A stretch of 64,000 nt of DNA from Selaginella moellendorffii (lineage: Eukaryota; Plantae; Lycopodiophyta), in assembly GCF_000143415.4 (NCBI RefSeq), contig NW_003314316.1:453220-517219 (forward strand), read 5' to 3'. A program made the position numbers and the translations under genes. Below the pieces are notes generated by a model. It saw nothing but the letters and a program-made list of their open reading frames with translations. It ran no database searches and was not told the DNA's origin. The first letter of the stretch is position 1, and each line of letters opens with the position of its first letter. Below are positions 1 to 12,647 of the stretch, in pieces.

Positions 1-830
1 AACACAGTTTCCTCGTTTTTCTGCTCACCATTTTCCTTCGCGTCTGGTTCAACTTTGTTAGCCTCCATTTTCTCTTTCTCTTCGACACCATCACTTGTGT
101 GAGAAGCTAGAAATTCTTTCTCTGTCACTCCGTTTTCGCTACCCTCAAAATGTACTGCCGTAGCTGTTTCCACAGAATTGTCGCCTTGCGTCCTCACAGA
201 AACCACCTCAACAAAGCTTCTCTCGGCTTCTTTCTCACAACTTTCCACGGCAGCCATGCTTTCGTGTTTGACACCATCTTTTTCCTCGGCAGCTCTCATT
301 TTCCCGATTCCTTTCTCTTCGACAACATCTTTCTCGTCGTCGTGGCACGTTGCAAGCTCTTTCTCGTTTTCGCCACCATCGTCATTGGCAGCCGCGGCTA
401 CTTTTCCACCAAAACCCACCTTTTGCGTGTCGATCCTCCTCGCCGTTTCTTCGAGGCATTTCTCCTCGGCAATTCTCTCATCATCTTCTACTTTTCTCTC
501 GTCCTCCTTGCTTTTCTCCTCCTTCTCCAGAGCTTCCACTTCGTGCTGTAGATTGCATCGTGCCTTGTAGATAAGCTTGCTATCAATGTCCACTCCCACC
601 ATGCTCTTACAGCAAAACTTCACCGCCAGCGCGATCGTCACATGCCCCTCGTTGCACCCAATGTCGAGACAATCCCTGTTCTCGATCCATTCCCGCTTGA
701 AAACACTGACTCTCGGATCCTCCTCTAGCGTCTTCCCGACCCGGTAGCCATAGTAGAACGGATAGTTCCCATAGACATATTCCGGTTTCTTCCGTTTCTT
801 CCCGCAATCCTGCTGCTGCGATCCCTGCAT
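1..830 (-). CDS. Bin3/MePCE (BCDIN3) family RNA methyltransferase, 5' part (runs off window start)
   Basis: Manual translation from ATG 830: MQGSQQQDCGKKRKKPEYVYGNYPFYYGYRVG..DPRV..FKREWIENRDCLDIGCNEGHVT..VGVDID. The YGNY..YYGYR and LDIGCNxG motifs are typical of Bin3. A long Glu/Lys-rich insert follows. It is absent from the ORF track because there is no stop in the window. Confidence 0.88.
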   Translation of the reverse strand, partial: MQGSQQQDCGKKRKKPEYVYGNYPFYYGYRVGKTLEEDPRVSVFKREWIENRDCLDIGCNEGHVTIALAVKFCCKSMVGVDIDSKLIYKARCNLQHEVEALEKEEKSKEDERKVEDDERIAEEKCLEETARRIDTQKVGFGGKVAAAANDDGGENEKELATCHDDEKDVVEEKGIGKMRAAEEKDGVKHESMAAVESCEKEAERSFVEVVSVRTQGDNSVETATAVHFEGSENGVTEKEFLASHTSDGVEEKEKMEANKVEPDAKENGEQKNEETV

Positions 831-1114
831 CTTACCTCGCCCTAGCGCTCGATCAATGGATCGATCGATCGGGAGCCCGCCTAAAACCCCGGAAATTTCA
901 AGAACCCTGGCGCCCAAGAACCCTAATCCCTGGATCTTTATTGGAGATCGAATCGACGGCTAGGATGGAGTGATCGGGCGGTTAGAAGAAACTCTCGTGA
1001 AAGGGTGTTGGTGATCATCCCTATATGAATGATGAGACGATGGGCAAGAAATATTTTAGGGCTCGCGGACAAGAGCGGCCTTGATAGGGTGCGATCGATC
1101 GATCGCTGGGCGCG

Positions 1115-2842
1115 ATGGAGCCGTGCCCGTCGCTCACATCCAACAAGAGGGTAACGCCGCCAGGGATCGCGATCTCGCGGAGCCTCAGCGGCCGGCAGTT
1201 CCAGTATGGATTCTACCGATTCCTCGTCCTCGCGCTCACATTCGTGGCCTACGCATGCTACCACGCGTCGCGCAAGCCGCCAAGCATCGTCAAGAGCGTG
1301 CTCGACCCCGAGCGATCGAGCAGCGGTGAGAATCAGGGCTGGTATCCATTTAATGGCAGGAACGGCAAGGTCAGGCTTGGCGAGGTGGATCTCGCGTTCC
1401 TCGCCTTCTACGCCTTCGCAATGTTCTTTGCGGGGCATCTGGGTGACACGATGGATCTCAGAGTTTTTCTCAGCATTGGCATGGTCGGCAGTGGGATCTT
1501 CGTGTGCCTCTTTGGCATGGCCTACTGGTGGAACATCCACGACTTCTACTACTTTATGTTCGTCCAGATCATGGCGGGGCTGTTCCAAGCAACAGGGTGG
1601 CCATCGGTCGTCGCCATCGTCGGGAACTGGTTTGGAAAATCTAAGCGAGGTCTCATCATGGGCATCTGGAACGCTCACACGTCAGTTGGAAACATCATCG
1701 GATCGCTCGTCGCGGCTAGCGCGCTGGAGCTCGGCTGGGGATACTCTTTCATCTTTCCGGGAGTTTTGATAATCGTAGCCGGGATCCTGGTGTTTCTGTT
1801 CCTGGTGGTGGAGCCAGCGGACGTGGATTTGCCGAGCCCAGCGGAGGTGGAGGCGACCGAGAACGCAACAAAGGTGGCGGTGTCGTCGAGCTCGCTGAGA
1901 ATCAGCGAACCTGCTCGAGACGACTTGGAAGCTCCTCTCATCTCTTCGGCTCAGCAGCAGCACAGCCGAGCAAAGAGCCCCGAGCGTGGAAAGGCCGTGG
2001 AGTTTTTACAGGCTTGGAAGATCCCAGGAGTTCTTCCTTTTGCGTTTTGCCTGTTCTTCTGCAAGCTCGTCGCCTACACTTTCTTGTACTGGCTGCCGTT
2101 CTACATCAAGCAGACTAGTAAGTCTACCGCATCCCCATTCGCAGGTAACACAACATATAGAAGTGAAGGACAAAGAACCTTCTTTTAATCTATCTTCCTT
2201 GACGAAGTTGACGAACTTGGTGGTGTTCTTGCAGGAGTCGGAGCGAAATCCCTGTCGGAAAAGACTGCTGGGAATCTGTCAACACTTTTCGACATCGGTG
2301 GAGTCTTTGGTGGGATCCTAGCCGGCTACGCTTCGGACAGACTCAAAGCGCGAGCAATCACGGCGGCAACCATGACTTACCTGGCTATTCCAGCGCTGCT
2401 TCTCTACCACCGCTACGGATCAACGTCGATGGCGTCCAGCATCGCCCTGATGATGATCACGGGGATGCTCGTCAATGGCCCTTACGCGCTTATCACGACC
2501 GCGGTGTCAGCCGACCTGGGAACTCACAGCTCGCTCAAGGGCGACGCGAGAGCTCTGGCAACAGTGACCGCGATCATCGATGGGTGTGGATCGCTGGGGG
2601 CGGCGATCGGGCCAGTGTTGACAGGATATCTCTCCACCAGCGGCTGGGACAAAGTTTTCTACATGCTGATGGTGGCGGCGCTGGTGGCGGGCCTGCTGTT
2701 GACGAGACTGGTGGCGGCAGAGATCCGGGAGAAAGTTAGCAGCTACCATTCGCGAGGTATGGACTCTTTCCAGTTCTTGAAAGATGGTAATAACGCTGCT
2801 ACTGCTACTGCGAAGCTGGAGGGTGATCGTCTTCCAGTCTAG
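1115..2842 (+). CDS. MFS glycerol-3-phosphate/Pi transporter (G3Pp, SLC37 family), 2 exons
   Basis: Motifs [55 protein letters not shown] intron 2118-2234. Confidence 0.93.
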
Positions 2843-3599
2843 GATCAGGATCTCTCTTGTTCTTGATGAGAGTTTTTGTGACTCCTCGGTTTTGGCAGAT
2901 TGATCGCGAGCTAGAACAGAAGCGTTCCGTACGTCCTTGAAAAAGAGGCGTACGGGGAAAAGAACTTTTGTAAACTAAGTGTACTTATTAACTGATCTAA
3001 ACCACATTTCGAGTTCAATCTGAGACGTAGATGGTAGGTTTCCGCTTTTGGCCGTCCGATCCAAGCGAAGCCCTAGTTTTTTAAGAGCAAGAGATTTAGG
3101 AATCATGGTCAATAAGCAAGGAGAGAAGGGGTAGATTTTTCAACGTTCAAAACAAGCACAACAAATAAGAGAATAGACGAGTTTTTCTGGTGAGCTAAGG
3201 CTGAAACTTCTGCCTCCAGCCAGGGCTCTAACAAAAGGGGCTTATGGACACCACCACCATCGGTGACTAGTGTTCCAAAGTCACCACCATGGAAACCATC
3301 ATCCATTGGTGTGTGGCCGAGGAAGTCTGGACCACCGACACTAAGCAGGACTCACAATTAGCAATGACTTCAGGGCCACCATCATTGGCAACTAGTGAGG
3401 GTACTCAGCTTCACCACCTTTGTCTTCAACACCAACTAAGGAGAGAGGGCCAGTGTTTCCTCCTTTATGGCTTCCTTGTATTGCTCCCTTTCACAATGGT
3501 ACATGCAGGACTCGACCTACACAACAACCACCAACTCCTCAGCTAGCAAACTCTACTCCAGCAGGCCACCACCACTTGCATTGGGCTCCTCCACCTCAG

Positions 3600-4670
3600 C
3601 CATCACCACTTTCTGGCACACACAGCGGCAGCAGCAACGGTCCAGTGGCGGAAAGCGCACCACTGCCACCTTCTCAGTGTTTCTCAACACACAGTGGTGC
3701 ACCACAATCATCAAAAGCTGGTCGCTCTTCAGGCTCTCTAAGACTCCAGCCATCCCAGATATGTGTTCTTCTCCATTGCTGGACACCTCCTTTTACATAA
3801 TTCTCGCAACACAACCATCATCGTCCACCACTGGGTGATCATTCTTGGCCTTCCTCACCACGCAGTGGCAGCCACGGTCTAGGACAATATAGGGAAAGCA
3901 CACCACCACCACTTTCTGCACATAGTGGTGCACCACCACCGCCAAAAGTTGGTTGCTCTTCAAGCCCTCAAGGCTCACCGCCCATTGCTAGACACCTCCT
4001 TTTACATAATTCTCATAAGAGAGGTAAACATAGCCACCATCCTTCACCATCGGGTGATCATCCTTAGACTTCCTCACCACATGGTGGCAGCCATGGTCCA
4101 GGACACCATAGGGAAAGCGCACCACCACCACTTCTACACACAGTGGTGCACCACCATCGCGAAAAATTAGTTGCTCTTCAAGCTCTCAAGGCTCACTGCC
4201 CAACAATCCCAAGTATGTGTTCCTTTGCATTGTTGGACACCTCCTTGACATAATTCTTGCAGGAGAGGTAAATACGGCCACCATTATTTGGCTCAGCAGA
4301 GTGATCATCCTCGGCCTTCCTCACCACAAGGTGGCAGCCACGGTCTAGGATGCCATGCACCACCACCACACAGTGGCTCGAGATTCACCTCCTGTCAATT
4401 TCAAGTATGTGTTCCTCTGCAATGCTGGCTACCTCCTTTACATTGATCCTTGCAGGAGATCCACCATCATTCCACACTACCTCCTTCACCACCCGATGAT
4501 CCACATAGTGGCAGCCACAGACGCCATGGGAAAAACGCACCACCGCCACATTCCTCTGCACACAGTGGCAACAGTGGTGCACTGCCACCACCAAAAGCTA
4601 GTCACTCTTCAAGTTCTCAAGGTTCACCTCCTAGCAATTTTGGATGGCTTGTTACCTCCTTGACATAATG
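3600..4670. repeat. Degenerate tandem repeat, about 5 units of ~200-240 bp
   Basis: Recurring CACAGTGGTGCACCACCA..GCTCTTCAAG..GACACCTCCTT(T)ACATAAT near 3690, 3920, 4140 and 4560. Confidence 0.7.
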
Positions 4671-7458
4671 CTTGTAGGCATTCTGGATCCTCCATCTCAA
4701 CCACCACCTCCAACTCACAAGCATCATCACCATTCTTATGGTGATCTTGGAAGTGTCGACTGACGTCCATATGGTGATTCTAGAACTTTCGATTGGCATC
4801 CACAATGTGATCTTGGAAGGATCAATCGGAACCCTTACGATGATCTAGGAATTCTAGCAGCCTCAACAGTCCCAACAGTCCTAACAGGCAACAGCTTGAG
4901 CTCCCTTCGAGCTCCTCAAGGTGCACACTTCTCTCTAGCAACAACAGAAATAGCAACCTTGGTGTGGATCACGTTTGTGGCCATTTCCCCATCATCCTTG
5001 GCCTTGTGGTCATGCTCTTCATCAAGTGGAGACACTCTCGACGACACCAAAGAAGGGACAAACCTTTTCTTGTCTATAGTGTTGTGGCTGACATTGATGA
5101 GCATGACAGAGCAGCAGTGTAGCAGTGATTCAAGGTAAGCTTTAAAATCAAAGTTATTTTCTTCATAAATTCTAATGTTATCTTTTATAACCGAAGCTCA
5201 TTCAGCATCAGTGCCATTCTACGCTGTAGCTGTATCTAAATCTCTAATCGAGCCTGAGCAGCAGCAATATTCAATATTGAGCAACAACAATACAATGCTC
5301 AACATCAAGCACAAATGTGTTGCCTTTGAAATCTTTTACAGATTCGAAGGTGCCATCTTAAAAAATCCAATAGCAAGAAGGTTAAATTTCTGAATTATTT
5401 GTCCATCTTCTAAATTGGTTTTAATGGCAATTCTTTTTTTTCCCATTTGGTATTATTTTAAAGCATAAATTAATCTATATATATAGAAAAATAATGTGTT
5501 CAAAACATAGTTGTCTTCAATGCTCCTTATGATATTACTAGGCATTTACTCGACTGCATCCCTCTCTTGCCCTTTCCCTAAAAAAGCGGCGCTCCACATT
5601 GGGAGTGATAGGGCGATTTGTGTAGGAAAATTTAAAAGATCTTAACAAAAAAAGTTTGGATGATGATAGGAAAGACACTTGCATGTGACATGTGTCGCTG
5701 TGTCTTCTTCTCCTGCCCCACGCAGCTTTCCATTGGCCGAGAGCAAACATCAAACAAATTTCTCACACAACCATGGCTACCAACCATGGCTACCAACCCT
5801 GGCCCGGGCCTGGGATCTAACAGCTGGCGAGCCTCCCCGCTATTGCTTTATATGTATAGATATTGACAAAGTTCAAATGAAGCTTGTGAGAAGGATTGAT
5901 TTTTTCAACACTTTTTTGAGTTAGTTTCTATTTGACAAATTTCTTTTTAGCTATAACATTTTTTTCTTCTCCAAAAGAAAAATATTGTATAAATTACAAA
6001 TTTTCTTTTTTAATTTGCCAGATTACCTCAACACTTTTACCTTGGCCTTAGTTAATTTCATTTGCCAAAGCCTAATTTTTACTTGATCCTAATTAGCTTT
6101 AGTTACTCACTACACAAGCAATGGAGTGTTAGTTTATAAGCCATAAATTTTTCCTTTCTAATTTGCCAATTTACCTCGTTTATCAGACTAATATTGCCTT
6201 GGCCTTAGTTAAGTTTTCTCACCAAGGTTCCCACCTATTGTACTAGCTCATACTTGGTTCTATTTAGTTTCAACTACTCACTACACGAGCAATAAAGCGT
6301 TAGCCACCCGTCCACAAATTCCTAAATCTTTTCCAATCCCTCTCCCCGGGTTACATTGGATTTAAGATTAGACTACACTCCCCGCAAGCATAAGCAACCA
6401 AGCACACCAAACCTCTAAGTTCTTAACATCCCTTGGTACAACAAGACTTGATTATAGCACCCTCTAAATCCCAAGCCTTGGCTGCAACACTTGCTTCGGG
6501 GCATTAGAGAGAAACACTTGCCTAACGGCTTGATATGGGTACTCTACTCCCCCACTTCCCTCCCAAAGGGAAGGCCCAAGCCCCTAAGAATGGGTGAAGA
6601 CTAATGAGTTGCATGGAACTTAAGTGGGGCACCATTTTATATGAGCCAAGAGCACTACAATTGGTTTCCCTTTTAGGAGTGAGAGCTTCTCTTGAGCACT
6701 TCTGTGGGTGGTGTCTTTGGCACCACATGAGTCCATGCTCACTCCCACCCAAGGCCACTAAACCCCAGTCTCAACCTTAAGTCAGTTTAAAAATACCATT
6801 AGAAAGCTCCTTCCCCCCTCGTTGCTGCCCCTGGGAGACATATGCTTTGGGCTTTCACCCCATGATTTATATTAGTATTCGGACTTAGTCTTGATCTCAA
6901 ACTTGACCTTAGACTTAGTCACGAACTCAATTTCAGACCCCACCTCGGACTCTATTTTGGACTTGATCTTGGACTCGGTCTCGAACTTGGTCTCAGAGTC
7001 GGTTTTGGACTCAATCTCAAACTTAATCTCATTCGATGAACTCTTTATCATTTTGATTGTGCTTTCGGGGATCCTTTAACTTATGACACCTCGAGGAGTT
7101 GTTTCCTTACAACTCCACCACCCATAGAAGAAGTTCAATACCCATATCAAATGTCTTTTTTTAATCTTACAATTTGTTAACTATGTCTTTGGGGGCATCC
7201 CCCCACTTAGCGATGTGCCTAAGTTAGCCTCCCTGGCCAAAAGCCCATGACAATGGAATATAAGTGTATACCCCTCACCTCACCACGCCCTAGTATGGGA
7301 TTGGGACTTGAACCCATCCTTGCTTTACTAAGGGGTTGGGACTTAAACCCAACCTCTGTAGAATATATCTACGGATTTGACATCCCCATAAGGAGTTGAG
7401 TGTAGTTCTTTATGCCTAGTCAACCTAGTTAACCCATGCTAATTAGCTTACCTTTAAC

Positions 7459-7835
7459 ATGCCTGAAAATGAATTGATCTTGAGTTCCTTAAATAGGCTC
7501 ATAGGGCTTTACGAGATTGAGGCTCGAATTGGTAAAGTGGCTTATGGCCTCCAAATTTTTCGCGAGATGGGGAAAATGCACTCTGTGTTTCATGTGAACT
7601 TACTCAAGCTGTCCTTTCAGGATCTACTTTGCAAGGACCAAATAAGACCTTTACCTGAGGTTATCCAAGGGGAAGAGGAATATAAAGTCAAGGCCATCCT
7701 CAATGCTCACAAGAGACAAGGACGCGAAGTGAGGGAGTTCCATGTGAAGTGGAAAGTATTTCCACATTACGAAGCAATATGAGAACTGGAGAAGAACCTA
7801 GCAAACGCATGAGACCTAGTTGAGGAATTTTTGCA
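7459..7835 (+). pseudogene. Integrase C-terminal GPY/F plus chromodomain remnant (inverted relative to pol)
   Basis: GLYEIEARIGKVAY..HSVFHVNLLK..EEEYKVKAIL..FHVKWK. Confidence 0.8.
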
Positions 7836-7899
7836 AGGTAAAACTCTATGTACTTATGCAAAGTTCAATTAAAGCAACAATTTGTGAAATTGAGTAATG

Positions 7900-10800
7900 G
7901 CATATGTTGGGACCTGAAGGAATACATGCATTTTTACCTTTGGGTCAGCTTCTAACTGGTCCCACTTGGTAACCTTAGGTTCTTCTCCCCAAGTTGGAAC
8001 CTTACATCCCAGCGCTTTTGGTCTGCATACTTGGTTTACCTTTGTTGAGCCCATTCTAAGGAATCCCTTACTAGATTTCAAATGTTGAGTTTTTCCACCG
8101 TGAATGCCTCTATTGCGGGTAACTCTCCATGATACTCGGCCACGCCGAGTTCCATAGAACCTTCAATAGCTCACCCATTGATGACTTTCCATGGACTCAC
8201 CTCGATACTCGAGTGTGGTGAGTTGTTATAGCACATTTCCACAAGTCCCAAATGACTTACCCAATTAGTCTGATCTCCGAATACATAACATCACAAATAA
8301 TCTTCCAATTGCCTATTCACCCTTTCCATTTGTTCATCTGTCAAGAAGTGTTAGTGCCATCAAACTTGATTTAATAAGCAATACCTGTTTGTGGGTGATA
8401 GGTTATGTTGAATTTCAACTTGGTGTGATATTGTTCCAGGAGAGTTCTCCAGAACTTACTGGTGAAGATCTTATCTCGATCGAGATAATCTCTTTTAGCC
8501 TTCCCCGCACTCGAACCACTTGTTCGAAGAATAACTTTGCCACACCTTTTGCATCCACTTCCGTTGTGGTGGGTATAAAATGTGCCATCTTAAAAAATCA
8601 TTCCACCACCATGAATATCACATCAAACCCCTCACTTGGGGGGAGTTCCGTGATGAAATCCATCTTAAGACATTTCCACAGACGATCTGGAATTGGGATG
8701 CTTTGTAACAAACCCCCACTAGCCTTAGTCACGGCTTTGACTTGCTAGCATGTTGGATATGCCTTTACATACTATTAGGTGTCATTAGCCATATCTGGCC
8801 AATGATACTTCCTCTTGAGTAAGCCCATCATCATCTTGGGCACTCTGCCATGTCCCACAAAAGGTCCGTCATAACACTCTTCTAAGGTTACTTTTTGTAG
8901 TTCCCCTTCTGGAATATACACCCTCATTTGTTTATAATAGATGAGTCCATTATGTTCTGCATAACCTGTTTTCTCTTCAGTTGGCAACTCACCTCTCTGG
9001 TGAGCTTCTCGTGCCTTTTGGTTCCTCAGCAACACTTCTTGTGCTAAACTATCATTCTTATACGTTGTCCGCATATTGTCCCAAAAGGTTTCTTTCGTGC
9101 TAGATATTACCAACTTCAAGCTCACTTTTCGATTTAGAGCATTTGTCACAATATTGCTCTTCCCAGGTTTATATAGAATCTTGCAATTGAACTCGGCTAA
9201 AGCATTGGCCTACCAACCTTATTTTCCTCTTAGGTCAAGCTGTGACAAGAAGTGTTTTATTGCCACATTATTGGTGTAAACTTTGAAGTGCCTCCCAAGG
9301 TAGTGTCACCACTCCTTGAGTGCTTTGACCAATGTAAATAAATCCTTTTCGTGGGTAGGCCACTTTCATATAGCCTTGTTCAACTTCTTCAAGAAGAATG
9401 CCACTGGATGATTATCTTGCTTCAAAACTATGCCCAATGCAAAGTTTGAAGCATCTGTTTCCACCTTAAAGTCCTTATCAAAGTCTAGTAACATCAACAC
9501 ATGAGTCTTCCTCAACTTCCCTTGAGGTGGACAAATGCCACATTGCATTCTGTTGTTCATACCATCTTCCCTTTCTTATTTAATCCGTTAAGGGGAGGGT
9601 TACTCTTAAAAAATGCCCTCAACTCATATACATTCGATAGTCACTTCCATTGCTGGATCATTTAGACTTTCTCAGGGTCCACCTTAAGCCCATCTTTGCC
9701 CACCACATGCTTGAGAAATTTTACCTCTTATTGAGCAAAGTCACATTTGCTCTCTTTAGTATATATTTGTGTTCCCTTAGTTTCTAAAACACCTTCGTCA
9801 AGTGTTCAGCATACTCCTCTAGCGTCTCGCTATAAATTAGGATGTCATCAATATAAACAACCACAAAGTGATCTAAATAGGGTGCAAAAATGTGGTTCAT
9901 CAACACCGAAAATATTGTCGGCACATTGCACAGCCAAAAGGGCATCATTAGAAACTCAAAGCTCCTATACTTTGTTCGACAAATTGTCTTCTTCACATCT
10001 TCCTCTATTACCCTAATCTGGTAGTATTTTGACCTTATATCGATCCTCAAGAAGTATTTTGCCTTTCCCAACCTATCGAACATGTCCTCAATCTAGTAAA
10101 GGGTATTTGGTCTTCTTTGTATATTTGTTGAGCAATTAATAATCTATACATATACGCATAGATCCATCTTTCTTTTTCACAAATAACACCAGTGCCCCAT
10201 ATGACAACTTGCTCAACCTAACATACCTTTTATCCACCAACTCTTCTAGTTGGCACTTGAGCTCCTTGAATTCCTTTTTGTTTAAACAATAGGGGGGATG
10301 AACCATCACCTTAGCACCCTCGATTAGCTCAATTTTATGTTTTATCAGTCATTTGGGGGGTAACCTCGTTAGTAGCTCCTCTGGCATAGTATATTGAAAT
10401 TGGTCCAATACCCACTAAATCACTAAAGGTACTTCTGTTCCCGTCTTTTTGTCACTCCTCACCGAGAGTAAACACAAAAATATTACTTTGATTCCTTTAG
10501 TGAGTTGTCCTTTCGTGAACACTAGGTTATAGTAGAAGTCTTTGGCCTTACATTGCCCTACCTTTAGATCCTGGGCCTCCACCCTAGATTGTTCTCTCTT
10601 GGCATTCACCAATACCACAAGGTTCCTACCTTGTATATGTATGGCTACCACAAAATGATTGAACCAATCCATCCCAAAGATCATATCAAGTCCTGCCATA
10701 TCTAATACGGTGAAATCCATGTCTACTTTCCATGTACTTACTTTGACTCTTGCTTGTCGAAGTACCTCATCGGTGTTTTGGCTACTTCGAACAAACTCTA

Positions 10801-11600
10801 TAGTCCTTGGTTTGCCCAACTGTTGCATCATTTAGTTCAACTTGCCAGATTATGTATATAGCTACAAAATTATCTGAAGCACCTGTGTCAATAAGGATCT
10901 TAACAAAGCTACATTTGAGCTTCCCTTGGAGGGCTAGTAGATGTTGCGAATAACTCTCTACCAAAGTTGCTCATGTAATGAGTAATTTTGAGCTATGGAC
11001 TAAATCACATACCTCAATTTAATTTTCACCCGACTTAATGGCTATATTGACTTTAGCCTTCTTTGGGTAGGGACATTCTCTCGAAAAGTGTCCTACTTCA
11101 CCGCAGTTGAAGCATATGTTGTTTCCCACGCTACTAACTAACTTAAATTTTTTATCCGTGGGTTTGTCCCTTTTGCTTGACTCCACTATGTACTTGCTCA
11201 TTGGCCACCAAATCTGCCTTTCCAAAACCTTAAGGACTCATTCTTAGAGAAATCGTTCATGAATTTCCTTTTGCTATATGTCCCCCTTGGTTTAGCTCAT
11301 TTGCTAAAACATGGACCTCAAACCCATTGTGTTCCCCTTTCGAAGGTTATCATTGAAATGTACTAATAATTGCATCTAATGCTTCCTTGTAGTTGTTTGG
11401 GTTCCAACACATCACCTCACCTCGAGCCTAGGTCTGCAAGATTATTATGAAGGCATGGACTGCATCCATATCACCCATGTCTATGATAGGTATCCTCTTT
11501 GCCATAAACACATTTATATACTCTTGAATGGTTCTGATCTACTTCCTACTTAGCTTATCCCTTACGTGCAGAGAAGCATTCTTTAAGCCAGAAAATTTTC
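7900..11600 (-). pseudogene. Disrupted gag-pol: zinc knuckle, protease, RT, RNase H, integrase
   Basis: CFNCGEVGHFSREC (11019-11225), LIDTGASDNF (10782-10964), YIDDILIYS (9784-10083), ETDASNFALG (9366-9560), integrase zinc-finger region (8775-9149). Many stops and frameshifts. Confidence 0.92.
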
Positions 11601-11609
11601 CACATTATC

Positions 11610-12606
11610 CGTGTAAACTTTGAAGTGTTTTCCAAGATAGTGTCGCCACTCCTTGAGCGCCTTGACCACCGCAAACAATTCCTTCTCATGAGCAGGCCAC
11701 TTTCATTAAGCCTTGTCCAAGTTTTTTGAGAAGAACGCTACTAGATGGTTGTCCTGATTCAAAACTGCGCCTAATTCAAAGTCTGACGCATTCATTTCTA
11801 CCTTAAAGTCCTTACCAAAGTTTGGTAACGCCAATATGGGAGTCTTCCTCAACTTCCCTTTGAGGTGGACAAATGCCACCTCACATTTTACTGTCCATAC
11901 CATTTTCCCTTTTCTCATTTGGTCCGTTAAGGGCAGAGCTACTCTCGAATAGTGTTTGACAAATTTTCAGTAGTAGTTGCATAATCCTAAAAACGCCCTC
12001 AACTTGTGTACATTCGATAGTCACTCCTATTCCTAGATTGCTTGGACCTTCTCAGGGTCCACCTTGAGCCCATCCTTGCGCACCACATGCTTGAGAAACT
12101 TTACCTCTTGTTGAGCAAAGTCACATTTGCTCTCTTTAGTATACAACTTGTGTTCCCTTAGTTTCTCAAACACTTTCGTTAAGTGTTTGGCATTCTCCTC
12201 TAGCATCTTGCTATAGATCAGGATGATGTCAATGTAGACGACTATGAAGTGATCAAGATAGGGTGCAAAAATGTGGTTCATTAGCTCCAAAAAATATTTC
12301 CGGCGCATTGTATAGCCCAAAGGGCATCACTCGAAACTCAAAGCTCCCATACCTTGTCCGGTAGGTTGTCTTTTCGACATCTTCCTTTACTACTCTGATC
12401 TGGTAGTATCTTGATCTTAGGTCGATCCTCGAGAAGTATTTCGCCTTTCCCAACCTATCGAATAAGTCATCAATCCTTGGTAAAGGGTACTTGTTCTTCT
12501 TCGTATACTTGTTGAGCAACCGGTAATCTATGCATATATGCATAGATCCATCTTTCTTTTTCATAAATAACACTGGTGCACCATATAGTGACTTGCTCAA
12601 CCTAAC
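11610..12606 (-). pseudogene. Second RT/RNase H fragment of the same Ty3 family
   Basis: [39 protein letters not shown]. Parallels 9280-10220. Confidence 0.9.
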
Positions 12607-12647
12607 TGTAAGCTCTTGAATTTGGACTTCTTAGGAGGTCACCCAGC

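Noticed and set aside
150-574. Plus-strand hydrophobic/Ser-rich ORFs
   Set aside because: Antisense shadow of the Glu/Lys-rich Bin3 insert.
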